Shown piece after piece: positions 25,368 to 37,182 of a stretch of 64,000 nucleotides of DNA; within the stretch, counting starts at the first letter, position 1, and the number at the start of each line of letters is the position of its first letter. A model generated the notes under the pieces. The model did no database searches and was not told the origin of the DNA. It saw nothing but the letters and a program-made list of their open reading frames with translations. The stretch spans positions 868,001 to 932,000 of the forward strand of contig MU004181.1 of assembly GCA_010093605.1 (NCBI GenBank), in the 5' to 3' direction. The position numbers and the translations under genes are program-made. This stretch comes from Lophium mytilinum. Taxonomy: Eukaryota.

Positions 25368-27525
25368 TCACTTCCCCGCCTCCCCCTTAATCACATCCGC
25401 ACACTTCTCCGCCACCGCAAACACACTCGCCTGAATATTCCCTCTGGGCACCAGCGGGAAGATACTCGCATCTACTACCCTCAGATTCCGCGTCCCGTAC
25501 ACCAGCAGCTTATCACTCACCACACCCCCCTTCTCTAGCGGCTGCATCGCGCACGACCCGCTCGTATGCCAGTTACTCAGCACCAGCTCGCGCGCCACCT
25601 TCTTCGCCTCCTCGAGATCCGCAAGCGGCTCGGTCTTGTCGTAGTTGTGGATGCGGCGCCCCCTGGGCTTGAGGAGGGACGCCATGGGCTCGGCCGCCAT
25701 GATCTTCTCGAGGAGGAGGAGGTGCCGCGCTTCGAGCTCGAGGTCGAGCGGGTGGCGTAGGTAGCCGATGTCGATGGTGGGTTTATCCGTGGGGTTCGCG
25801 GAGGCGATATGCGTGGAGCCGCGGGAGAAGGGGTGGTTGAGGGCTGTGACGACGGTGACGAAGTAGCCGTCGTGGGACATGCCGAAGATTTGGGAGGGCA
25901 AGGGCCCTAAGCGGGAGAGGAGCTGCATGGGCGCAAAGGTGTATTGGGCGGTGGGCTCGTTGGGGATGTCGAGGATGTGGCGGAGTTGCTCGAATTGGGC
26001 GGCTTCGGCGGGGGTTTCAGGGGGGTGGGCGGCGACCTGGGTGTCTACTAACTCGTTGCGTTCGGCGTCGGAGAGGTCGATGGGGATGAAGGAGGAGACG
26101 AGGGGATTTTGGCCAAGGGGCCCGGCTTTGGCGGTTTGGTAGGCCTCCATTGCTGCGGCCATGATGGAGGGGTCTTTGGCAATTATGTCGGCAGAGGCGC
26201 CTTCGGCGACTTCCCAGTTGAAGGGGATGAGCTAGATGTAAGAGGTATTAGCTTAACAAAAGATAGGGGGTGAGTGATGGGATATCGCTGTGTTTCTATG
26301 TCTTTGCTACTGCCTGGAGTACTTCGATCTGGTTTTGAAAACGGTGGATACCGATTTTAGTGCTCTTGAATCATAGAGGTGAACCAAGGACATCCAATTC
26401 AGGTTGCTGATATCGTATCGAGCCACTCCAGACAGTGGCAAGCATGTGCACATAGCTGATTTCCTGACCGTAGACACTTACAGCGTGATCCTGCAGGTTC
26501 TCCCCAACGTTGATATTAGGAATGACGACCGGTATTCCATGGAGTTGCAGCAGTGATGGGTTGCCGATACCTGAAAGCTCCAGGATCTGAGGACTCTTGA
26601 ACGAGCCCGCGGCCAGTATCACTTCTTTAGCCGTGGAGATCTCGCGTAGCACACCGTCCTTCGTCCGTACTTGTACACCTTTCGCAGTGACCGATCCATC
26701 CTCTTCCGTCTTGAGCAGTACCTTCTCCACAAAAGCTTCGGTCACGACTCGCAGATTCGGCCTCTTCGCAATCTCGTCATTGAAATAGACTGCAGCTGAG
26801 TGGCTCCTCGTCTTTGACACAGGGTCTATGGCCCCGCCGCTGATAAACGCACCCGATGAGACTCCTGTGACTGGGTCGCCAGTAAGAGGGTAGCCCATGG
26901 CCTTAAATGTCGGTGCCCATGCCTCGTGGTAAGGCATGTAATCAGTCCCAAAATTGACTTGAACAGGACCGCTCGTACCGTGTGCCGACTCGTCCGCCTC
27001 ATAAGAGACCCGTTTTTGTACTTCCGCGGAAGGTGGGTTGTAGGTATGGAATTTCTTGATGTAATTGACCATGGACTCATCCCAGCCCCATCCAGGGTTT
27101 CCAAGAGCTTTCCAAGAATCGAATGTGACTCGCCCAGGCCATATGATCATGCCCATGTTAATTGCTGACGATCCGCCGAGTGTTTTGCCCATGGAGTGGG
27201 CAATTGTACGGCCACCGAGTTGTTTCTGAAATAGCAGTCAGTGTCGTGAGTTCTATATAGGTACGAAATGGTTGTTTAGGGTATATACCTGTGGCGTGCT
27301 GGTGAACGCCCAGTCGAAGTCTGGGTTCCAATATGTCGACGGCGCCAGTCCTGGTATGAAGATTCTTGGGTCCTTGGTTGCATCGGCGCCAGCCTCAAGT
27401 ACAAGCACACGCACACTAGCATCCTCGCTCAAGCGATTTGCGACAACAAGGCCTGATGTTCCCCCGCCAACGATAATGTAATCGTACGTCTCCGTGTCTA
27501 GGCTTGTCGTGGAAGATGTGTTCAT
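25368..27525 (-). CDS. GMC oxidoreductase (aryl-alcohol oxidase/dehydrogenase-like, AA3)
   Basis: [80 protein letters not shown] and [10 protein letters not shown]; introns ~27226-27288 and 26232-26481. Confidence 0.95.
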
Positions 27526-29726
27526 TGCTTCGGTGGCCGCGATGTTTTAGAGGAAGATATTCAAAAGTCGAGAAAGTAGGGGGGGAGAGTTGTAAAAAAT
27601 ATGAGATGCCTTCAAATCGTCTATCTATCAAATGACTAACACTTTTGAATATGGGAAGGGACGCTTTGGAAACAAGGAGTAAAAGAGGCAACAACGTAGG
27701 TCAACGGGTCTACGAGTACACGGGGGTCAACACGGTAGACGCCAATGAAGCTCACTGCAATGCAACTATTCTTCTGCTCTTGGAGAATCTTCTCGGACAA
27801 GCTGCTACATCGGTCCGTGGCTGCTCGAAGCGATATCTATGGCGAGATGATCAGTTGATGGCGGCGAAGGATTATCACATGAATTTGCTTGTTCCCGCTG
27901 CGTGCGTAATAATTTGCATGTCCGTCGCTATCACAATGCCTAGGCGAGCTAAAGCTCGAGGGTTGGAGCTGTGCCGCAGGATCCGCATCTCAGGGGGTTC
28001 TTTTCTTGGGTCAGGCACAGCCTGCTGGCCGGATCAAAAAACATCTTTTCCGGGGCGAGGGAACGGATCAGATCAAGTGCGCTGGGGAAAGCGAGCAGCG
28101 TGGGAATTGCGGCAATGGTCCAGTCTATGGGGAAAGGTTCGCCCACTGGTTGCGGGAGCAACATGCTAAAGACGTTCTGGACCGGGGTGAACAGTGCACC
28201 CGTCCTCCCGCTGGCAACGGCAAGCCCATCATCGGGTTGCGAAGAGAATCGGGACGAGGTATTTCTGCCGGGTCAAGGGGATGTACTGCAACCCCAAGCC
28301 CTAGAACCCTTTTATTAGAGCGAGGGTTCAGCAGTAGAGACTTCAAACCCAGAGGATGAGCAAAATTTATGTAAAACTTGCGGTGGATATTCAAGTCTGG
28401 GGTCGTCCACGGCTATTTAGGGGACGTGGAGAGAGTGGAGGTTGGGGAAGAATCGTCGTACAGAATAACCACAGCCCACTCCGGGAACACGACCCTTCGG
28501 GTACTTTATTGTTTCTAGTTTAGCGCTAAAGCTAACTGCATCGCCCCTTCAGCGGACTCAGGACTGTGCACTTCCTTCGTCAACACCAACCGGCATCTAG
28601 CATTCTAACACTCTCTGATTATTCCATACTGACTGGGACAACTGAGACGGCAATGTTGCCCGGATTCTTCCTTGGAATTAAGAGAGGACAAGCCACCCTC
28701 GCCCATTGCCGTCAACTGCCGAAGTCTCGGGCACACACGAACAGCCCCGATGAGTGAATTGCTCATGCGATCATTCACCAGGTACTCAAATTACATAAGT
28801 CTAGGGTTGTGCCCAAACCGGAAGGAGGTAATCGCGCCAACCATCTGCCCTGTCACAGGCTTCGTGCCAACCTTACCGGAAGGATTCCGTCGACCAGTAT
28901 CAGCGGGTTACCAAATGCTCGGGACGGGACGTCTCATTCCATTGAGAGTCTTCGGTACCAGCGCGAGCAGTGTTGGAGAGTTCTCGTCCTCCTAAGTAAC
29001 GAGGCCTAAGTCTTTTCCTCGTGATGTACCGAATATCCTAAATTTTCCAGCCTGTCTCTCGAGTCCATTCCAAGCATCGTTGAGTACCTCTTGTCTTGTT
29101 GCTAATGTGTTCATTGCTATGGATTTAGAAGTAGCAACACGGCTCTCAACGCGCATGTGAGTTGTAGCAACCGAGAAGTGGGCCTGTCTGCGGCCCGTTC
29201 CAGGAAAGATAGACAAAAATATGCAACCACTCATACTCGTCGAACAGCCTTGCCCGCTCTGCTCCAGGTCATGCACAGCGGAGAGTTTCATCCTTTTTTA
29301 GGAGAGCGTAGCCGTCGGCTGTGTCCAATGTTGCATAGGAATGGCCTCTCTCTGCAGACCCATGAAGGCGAGCCGCAACCCGGGACTTGAGCCGTTGCAC
29401 ACCCCCATGACAACAGGCATTGGGTGCTGGAAGGGAGCTCAATTTGCTCAAAGTTTGGTCTCTCTGCTCTGATCAATGTCACGCTTTCCAGAACGATCCT
29501 ACGGGCTTATTCTCTCGAGTTTCGGCTATTCAATTACTGACAAGTTGCCCACCTTTTCGCGAATCCCGCGAGCCTAGGGTTCTTGCATGTACTGCACTGT
29601 CTTCTGGGATCAATGGGCCTAGGAGTGAGGCTTAATTGACCTTCTTCTACTCATCGACTCCCGCTTTACTGCCAGCTCGATCATTCCTCTGCGCATCAAG
29701 GGCCCCTCGGGCGTTCTTTTCTCATC

Positions 29727-31127
29727 ATGTACTATGGCCTCGGCAACAAAGCTGGCCGAGACTTTATCATTGTGATTCTCGTCTTTTGCGGTCTTTCGGC
29801 CGTCGCTGTTGGGCTCCGATTAGTATCCAAGCGGATGAAGCGCCTGCCTTTGCAATTGGACGACTATTTGATAATCTTCTCGCTGGTACGTTTCTATATC
29901 TTGATTTAACGACACGCCGACCTAACAAGAATTTCAGTTGTGTGTGTTTTGCTCGGTTGGCATTTGTACTGCTTGTGCGTTCTTCGATTTCTTTGTGTAG
30001 CTTCCGCAATATGCTGACTGGACTAGCCGTTACAAATGGCGGAGTGGGTCGTCACTTTGGCACTGAAGTCCCGTTAGAGGACTTGAAGTACACACTCAAG
30101 GTACGTCAAGCAATAGGAAAATGACATTCTTAGCTTACAGCTCTCCAGCTACTGATACCGTTGCAAGGCCTATATGGCATCGGGTTAGGATGCGTTAAAA
30201 CATCACTCATGGTCCTCTATCTTCGGATCTTCGGAACCGCCAGAAAATTTCGCCTCACCATCTACATCGCAATAGTTATCGTCTGGGGCTGGGCTTTCAG
30301 CATTGTGATCGAGGCCTTCTTGCTTTGTCGGCCATTTCCATCCAATTGGGATCCAACAGTTCCCGGAAAGTGCGGCAATCGTAACGCTGCATTCGTTGCC
30401 GCAGGTGCGTTGAACATGCTGACTGACATTATGGTGCTGCTCTTGCCAGTACCCCACATCTGGGGCTTGCAGCTTCAAGTAGGACGAAAAATAGGATTGA
30501 TGGCGACCTTCGGACTTGGTATCTTGTAAGTCATCTAGAAGACGGTCTGATTCCGACCTGACCCCTTGTCGTTTACTTACATACATTCTCAGCGTCTCAG
30601 CCATTTCAATCATCCGCATGAAATTCCTCCTCTCTTTAAACCTAGAAGACGCCACATTCTCGCTCCCGGATCCATTCATGTGGTCCGTCGTTGAGCCTGA
30701 GCTTGCCGTTGTCGCGGCCTGCCTCCCCCTCATGCGCCCCTTCTTCAGCAAGATCGCCCGTCCGTGGTTTGGCGGGTCATCGAGCCGTGGCACCAAGAAC
30801 TCCCGCAGCGGCCTCAATTCCGACGGTACGAAAAAACAATTCTCCCGTCTGAATGACAGCAACGCCTCAAGAAACAAAGACTACGCGCTCGAAACAATCG
30901 GCGGCGGTGCGCTGAACAAGATTAGTAGCGAACCTAGTGGCTATACTGTTGGCGTAGAGGGAGGAAAGCCGTATCGAATCTATGAGGATGGGAGGAGCAA
31001 GACTGGGGTTGAGGAGAGTATGCAAACGCTGGATGATTCGGACTCGGGAAAGAGCCATGTAAAAATCGTAGGGAGGGGGGCGTTGCCGGGAGGAATTCGG
31101 GTGCAGACAGATTATAGGGTGGATTAG
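29727..31127 (+). CDS. PTH11-like (fungal rhodopsin-domain) integral membrane protein, no CFEM
   Basis: Five exons; LRLVSKR..LDDYL, KTSLMVLYLRIF, CRPFPSNWD, NMLTDIMVLLLPVP, KIGLMATFGLG and WSVVEPELAVVAACLP. Confidence 0.88.
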
Positions 31128-33362
31128 GGGGATTGACATTGGAAAAGGAATGCTCTATAGATATGACTAGATGAGTTTGTACATATTCTGCTGTTCTTAC
31201 TGTGATAACTTGATCGAATTCTGTATTGTGAGACTGTGAAGACTGCAACATGGCAGGAACGGGTTTACCTAAATCGCAACTACTCCCTTCTATATATTAC
31301 AGTATTCGGAAATACGAAGGCCAGAGCTTACCTTACCGCGCTACCACCGAACCAGAACATTGGTAAGTACAGAGGTCTTACCCTGTCGCTTCCTAAAAGG
31401 CAATTCACGACAGAACGCGCCTGCTTAACCCTTCCTACAAGCTGTCAACACGATGTCAACATTGCGTAAAGATTCCAGAATGGTGTAAAGTTGATATAGG
31501 AAGTAACACGCTTGGTCCACGATAGTCACGACTATAGGAGGCGCGGTAAGGTATCGCATCTTCGTACACGTCGTTGTGAAAGAGTGTTGTATCTTTCACG
31601 TGCAATGGATCACATGACCCAGGCTCAAGCGTTTTTTAGGTTCGTCGCGCGAGCCGGGGCCATCTCTCTCACCAAACCTTCGATGCTTCTGTATGATGCT
31701 GCTATTCCACCTCTCTTCTGCCCGCATTACAGCTCAGGATGAAAATGAGTTGTTGGTAGCTGTCTTTTGCTGCCACGGTATTTCCAAATGCTTATTGGAA
31801 AGCTGCAATCCCTCCATGCCTCTTGCTCCAGGATCCAGCAAACACATCGAATGCAGTCAACAGGCAAGCTGCGGAAACACTGGCCATCAGTTTTGGTTCG
31901 TCCCAGGTGCAGATATAGGCTTCGCTTTTAGAGAAAATGAGCAGAGGCGCTATCCCTTTATTCTCCCCCACGAAGTCGGCGTAGCTGGTTAGACCCTAGC
32001 ACGAATCCTTTGGCGAAGCTAGTCTTTGTAGGGTCTAGAGGCTTAATCCAGTTCCGCACGCCTCCCTCAGATCCTTCAGATAACATGCTCCCACGTCTGA
32101 TGGTTGGTCTGAGGGTGGCTTCGAACTAACGCAGATATGTGACCACCATCGCGCATCGTCCTTACAGCAAGCTCACCGTCGCACGTGGAAGATTGAAGGC
32201 AAAGAGAAGGTCGTGTCGGAGTTGCACTCGCTACTCTACCGGTTTGAAGCCTGAGGACATCAACTTTCGCAACGGCTGTCAAAATGCCAATCCTATCGCT
32301 AGCGGCTTCTGCATGATGCTCTGCGGGCACTGGCGTGACGCTGTTTTGCAATACCGGTATAGCTGGGAAAATCGAGCTCTTCCTTCAAGGGGTGCATGCG
32401 GCACGGTATCAGTAGACGCATACCGCCATGGAATACAGGGGGCTGCTGCAAGCGCAAAGCGTAGGCTTGGAGGGGTTACCGTTATGTCAATCTGTCACTC
32501 CTTACTGTATCAAGACGGTGTATGCAGCACGGATTCCGAGGTAAGATAACCCCGAATACTGTACCGTACATGCTGTCACGGACCATCTCATGGCTCTCCA
32601 CCTGCGATTGGCAGCCAGCCCCTGTCACCGCTTTCGACGATCTTGATCAGCAGTATCGAACGGTAATATTCATAAATTTTGTGAACTCGCCACCCTGACG
32701 TAAGACTTTCCCCTGTCAGTGGCGTCTGGCAGAAAAAGGGCACTTGCCCATGTCTGGGGTGCACATACAGCTGCGGTATGCGTCTAGTTAGTCGTCTTCT
32801 GTGACGCTTGTGGCTGTAGTAGCGCTGGAGGCTCGATAGGCTTCTCCATGTGCGTGGTGATCAGTATGTCTAGGTGTAGAGGGCAGAGTGAGTAAAGGAA
32901 GAAGAGCGCGATCCTTTTCCAAGAATCATCAGCACCACATTCATCATGCAAGCCCTCGCCAAAAAGACATATTTTTAAAGAGACAAAATTGCAGATCGCA
33001 GCTGTGGATCTCCCCTTTCTACCCTCCACGTTTATCTACGTGCAAAGGATTCCCTTTGATCGGTGAGCTGATCTTTGTCGGCGACACCGCGGAGTAGATA
33101 AGCCTACCCAATGGATCCTCGACGCGTCCTCAGTACGCGAACGTTTCAGCCACTACAAGAAGCAAAAGCAAAATGATCAGATACGCACAGATGCACCCGA
33201 CGAAACCGGCAGCAAGCCCTATACAATAAGAAGTGAGATGGGTACTGTAGAACAAGCTTGTGGATCCGTAGGCTATTTTCTTTCCCTTTCAGTATGTCAG
33301 TTCCATCAATTTATAGGTTTACGGATTTTCTACCTCGCCAATAAAGAGTTTATCGAATCATC

Positions 33363-34741
33363 ATGGCGATATCCCGTGTCGCAGAAGTTGCAGCTTCGTT
33401 GACGATAACTTACGTGGCGGCTATCACCGCTGTAGCACTGAGAATTTTCTCAAGACGATTAACAGGTGTTGCTCTCGCGTTTGACGACTATTCGGCTGTC
33501 GCCGCCGGAGTAAACCCTGAAGCTTCTAACGTCATGCAAACCGTTTACTGACCAACGTTGTAGTTTTGTGCTACTGTGTTCTTCGCTATGAAGGTTTATG
33601 GTAAGCATGGAATCTCGAGATAGAGATTACAGAGAGCTAAAGGGGTTCCTCTAGCGTTGACAAACGGTCTTGGCCGCCATATTCAGGACGTCCATAAAAC
33701 CACCCCTGTGATCACAACTCAACATATCATGCGCGACCTCTGGGCAGACGATATACCCTATTCGGTAGGGGTATGTCTGGCCAAGCTTTCTATTTTATGG
33801 CTTTACTGGCGCATGTTCAAACACTCCGGAATTAGGATACCAATTCAGATAATGGCTGCTCTAAGTGTGATGTGGTTCATTGCACGAGTAAGTGATGTAG
33901 AACAGGAGGCCAAAAGTTGAATCGCTAAGCAAACCCTTACCCTAGCTCGTTATGACTGCGATCCAGTGTATTCCAATCCATGCGCTCTGGGACTACAGCG
34001 TCAAAGGAGTCTGTCCGATTGACCCTGCGAAGTCATTCATCGCAACCTGCGCCACGCACGCTATCATCGACTTCATCATCGTTCTGCTTCCTGTATTCGA
34101 AGTTGCGAAATTACATCTCCCTCCGATCCAGAAGTTCAGTGTCGCCTTGATGTTCACTTCTGGACTACTGTAAGCCTTATGACCATCTTCCTTTCTCTGC
34201 CTTGCGGACTGCTGACCCCTTGGACCTCCAGGGTGGCTTGCGCAGCCGCATTCCAAACATACAACGAATCAAATTGGGTCTTCGCGGATCCCGACAGATC
34301 CTGGACTGTTGCTCGCTTAACAATCTGGCAACAAGTAGAACTCAACATGAGTGTCTTTGCTAGTACGTACATCTCCCTCTTCCTCAAAAATCCAGAAGAC
34401 TAACCCCACCAGGCTGCCTTCCCGTCCTCCGTCCAGCATTCAAAGTTTTAACCGGCCAATCATTAACCACGACTGCCTCGGAAAGCCGCAAGTATGCCCG
34501 CAGTGGGAAACCGTCGACAGTGAGCAGTGGACGGCTGGGTGCTTTACTCAACAAGAGGCGGGGTATCGAAGCAATCGAATCGGACTCCACTTACGAGCTC
34601 TCACGAGAGGCGAACAAGTCTGCAAGGAGTAACCTGTGGAACAGCGGTCCCCACAACCAGGAACCGGGTATCACGCCTCTACACATGGGACAAGTCGGGC
34701 GGGAGCGGATAGTGTGGGAGGACAAAGCGGGTGGCCTATAA
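33363..34741 (+). CDS. Second PTH11-like (fungal rhodopsin-domain) integral membrane protein
   Basis: Six exons; LRIFSRR..FDDY, KLSILWLYWRMF, QCIPIHALWD, IDFIIVLLP and WQQVELNMSVFASCLP. Confidence 0.85.
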
Positions 34742-34760
34742 AACCGATATGTTGCCAACA

Positions 34761-35462
34761 TCAACGACCCTTCACCACAGCCAAAACAAAGCCATTAAAC
34801 ACCGGCGTAGGCAGCATCGAATGACAAGCAACCGTCGGCACCAGCGTCGCCTCAACTCTCTCATCTCTCCCAACCTTCGTCAGGACAGACTCGCTCCCCT
34901 CCTCTTCCTCTGCAAACCCGTCTTTAATAATAGACGCCACCACATCATCCAGAAACACACAGCCTCCCACCCTCGTCAGCTTAACCGCCCAATCAAACTG
35001 CTCCAGCTGGTCATCAAAATCCGCATCAATAAACACCATATCGAACTGCCTCCCCTCATCTACTAGCTTCGGCAGCACTTCCAGCGCTGCCCCAAGCAGC
35101 ACTTCAACATCCATCCCGCGGACGTTCTCTATAGCTACGATGCGATGCTTCGGGTCAATCTCGATGCTTGTCACTTTGGCGCTGGCGGACGCAAAACAGA
35201 TGGATGAGTACCCGCCCAGCGTGCCGATCTCGAGGACGGGCTTGGCGCTTATGAGCTGCGTGAGAATGGGGAGATACTGCCCGCACATGGGGAGGACGCC
35301 GATGGGCGGGAGGTTGTTGGCTGCTGAGTTGGCTAAGGCATGCTAAAGTTAGGGATTGGGGCGGAGGAAGGCGGACTGGGCTTGCGCGTCGAAGCGGGGG
35401 GCTAGGCGGAAGTTTTCGAAGTTGAAGACGGTTGCCATGCTGGGAGGTAAAGGGGGTGCCAT
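34761..35462 (-). pseudogene. SAM-dependent O-methyltransferase (caffeoyl-CoA/MdmC-like family 3) with two in-frame stops
   Basis: The frame from ATG 35462 reads ..AFLRPNP*L*HALANSAANNLPPIGVLPMCGQYL..VLEIGTLGGYSSI..FDMVFIDAD..LDDVV; TAA at 35349-35351 and TAG at 35343-35345, with no intron signals around them. Confidence 0.75.
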
Positions 35463-35805
35463 GATGAAGGTGGTGCAATGGTAGGGTATAGCTACTGCTC
35501 TGTCGAAGAGAGTGGTGCAGATGATGGTATGTTGGATAATGGCTGACGATGTTTACTACATACATATATAGTCCAGTTTCGGGACTCTGGATCATTCAAT
35601 ACCACGCGTTCCTGGAACGAGCTGAACGAAGGAGTTTGTTTCGTTAGCGTGGGCTCCTCCTCCGCTTCCGACAAGGTGATCTCTGCAGCCTTTCCCCTTT
35701 CTTGAAATGGCGTAACTTATTGCATGAAGCCTTTCAGAGCCAGCGATCCTCAATTCTGATCTCGGCGAAACGAACTTGCAAACGACCACGCTATCCGTTC
35801 TTGCG

Positions 35806-37182
35806 ATGACTGTACCACCACCCACCTATTGTCAAGACTCGACAAGCACCGGCCTCCACAGCTTCTTACTCGTCAAGGGGGATGGTTTAGTGCTTAGAGA
35901 ACTACCAGTTGGGGATTTGGATCCTTCTAGGCACAAGAGGCCTCACCAGAAGTCGAGAAGAGGTTGCAGCAACTGCCGTAAGTGCCGCGTTAAAGTATAT
36001 TATCTCGCATCATTTTGACCCCCATGTCCTCTGGCTCACACGGTCTAGTGCGACGAAAGAATCCCAAGATGCTCACATTGCTCGCGTCGCGACGAGGAAT
36101 GCAAGCAGCGAGAACTTGATACCGGCCCGCAGCCAATTAGGTTGCAACATATATCCTCACCCGTCCCATTCAGTAGTCCTAGTCCTGCAGTTAACATGCT
36201 ACACATGAAGCTCTTCCATCACTTTGAAACGAGTACCCGGCATAACTTATGCTTTGATTCCGTATGGAAGGAAGCTCTCGGCTAGTCCCTAGAACACGAA
36301 GCTCTAACGCAAGCGATCCTCTCCATTTCAGCAAAACACCTCGTATATCTATGTCCATATGAGACTGTCTACGACATCGCCGCCACATCCCACTTCGCCC
36401 AGACCCTCAGCATCTTTCGAAAAGACATTGCCCAGAACTTCACTGCGGCGAATCTTGACTTCTTAATGGCGACGTCCGTGCTCATTCTCTTTCAGCTTTG
36501 GACGGAGACGGATTTCTTGGAGACAGATTCCGCGGGTCTTCCTGCGCTAGACCTGTCGAAAGATAATATCTTCCGTCTCGCGGGCGGATTGGCTGAAGTC
36601 TTCGTGAGAGCCGGTCCGCTCCTGTATGAAAAGCCGTCGAGCTTCGTCGTTGAGATTGCGCATAGCCCGCGCGGGGCGTAGGAAAGCGCAGCATGTCAGA
36701 GCGAAGGGCCGCTGGCGTCGTTCCACTCGTTCCTTGCATATACGCGGCCGCTTCATTCAGAACAACTTTCAGCTGCGTCTGCCTTCAAGTGCGACTTGAC
36801 GCCTGCATCTGGCGAAAGAATGGTAGGGCAGACTTCACAGGAAGAGGTCATCCTCTTGATGGCCCATGAAGACGTGGTTTCCCGACTTGCTGCGCTTCTG
36901 CCGTTCTTACCTGAGGTCCATGAACTGGGTTGCCCGGTGCTGGCCGAGCGGCTTATGCCTGACTTAGCGAGGTACGCGTTCACGTTCTTGATCATGATCT
37001 ATGCGTACGCAGAAAAAACGATCTTAAGACAGGATCCTAAAGGGCTCCTTGTTTTGTATCACTTCTTCTGAGCAGTACGCATCCTACTCACGGACCCGGA
37101 GTGCTGATGGAGTCAGAAACGAGCACGAAGTATGGAAGCATTACTAGAAGAGAAGCTACGTAAGCAGCTCGACGTTATATAG
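35806..37182 (+). pseudogene. Zn(II)2Cys6 transcription factor (UPC2/AUSA-like architecture) with multiple in-frame stops
   Basis: HQKSRRGCSNCRKCRVK|intron 35995-36048|CDERIPRCSHCSRRDEEC, MKLFHHFET, AILSISAKHL and LLVLYHF; stops at 36283, 36679, 37069 and 37105 are all in one frame. Confidence 0.8.

Noticed and set aside
35343..37107. Stop-codon reassignment as the explanation for the in-frame stops
   Set aside because: All three stop types appear as internal stops, and TAA, TAG and TGA terminate intact conserved genes elsewhere in the window.
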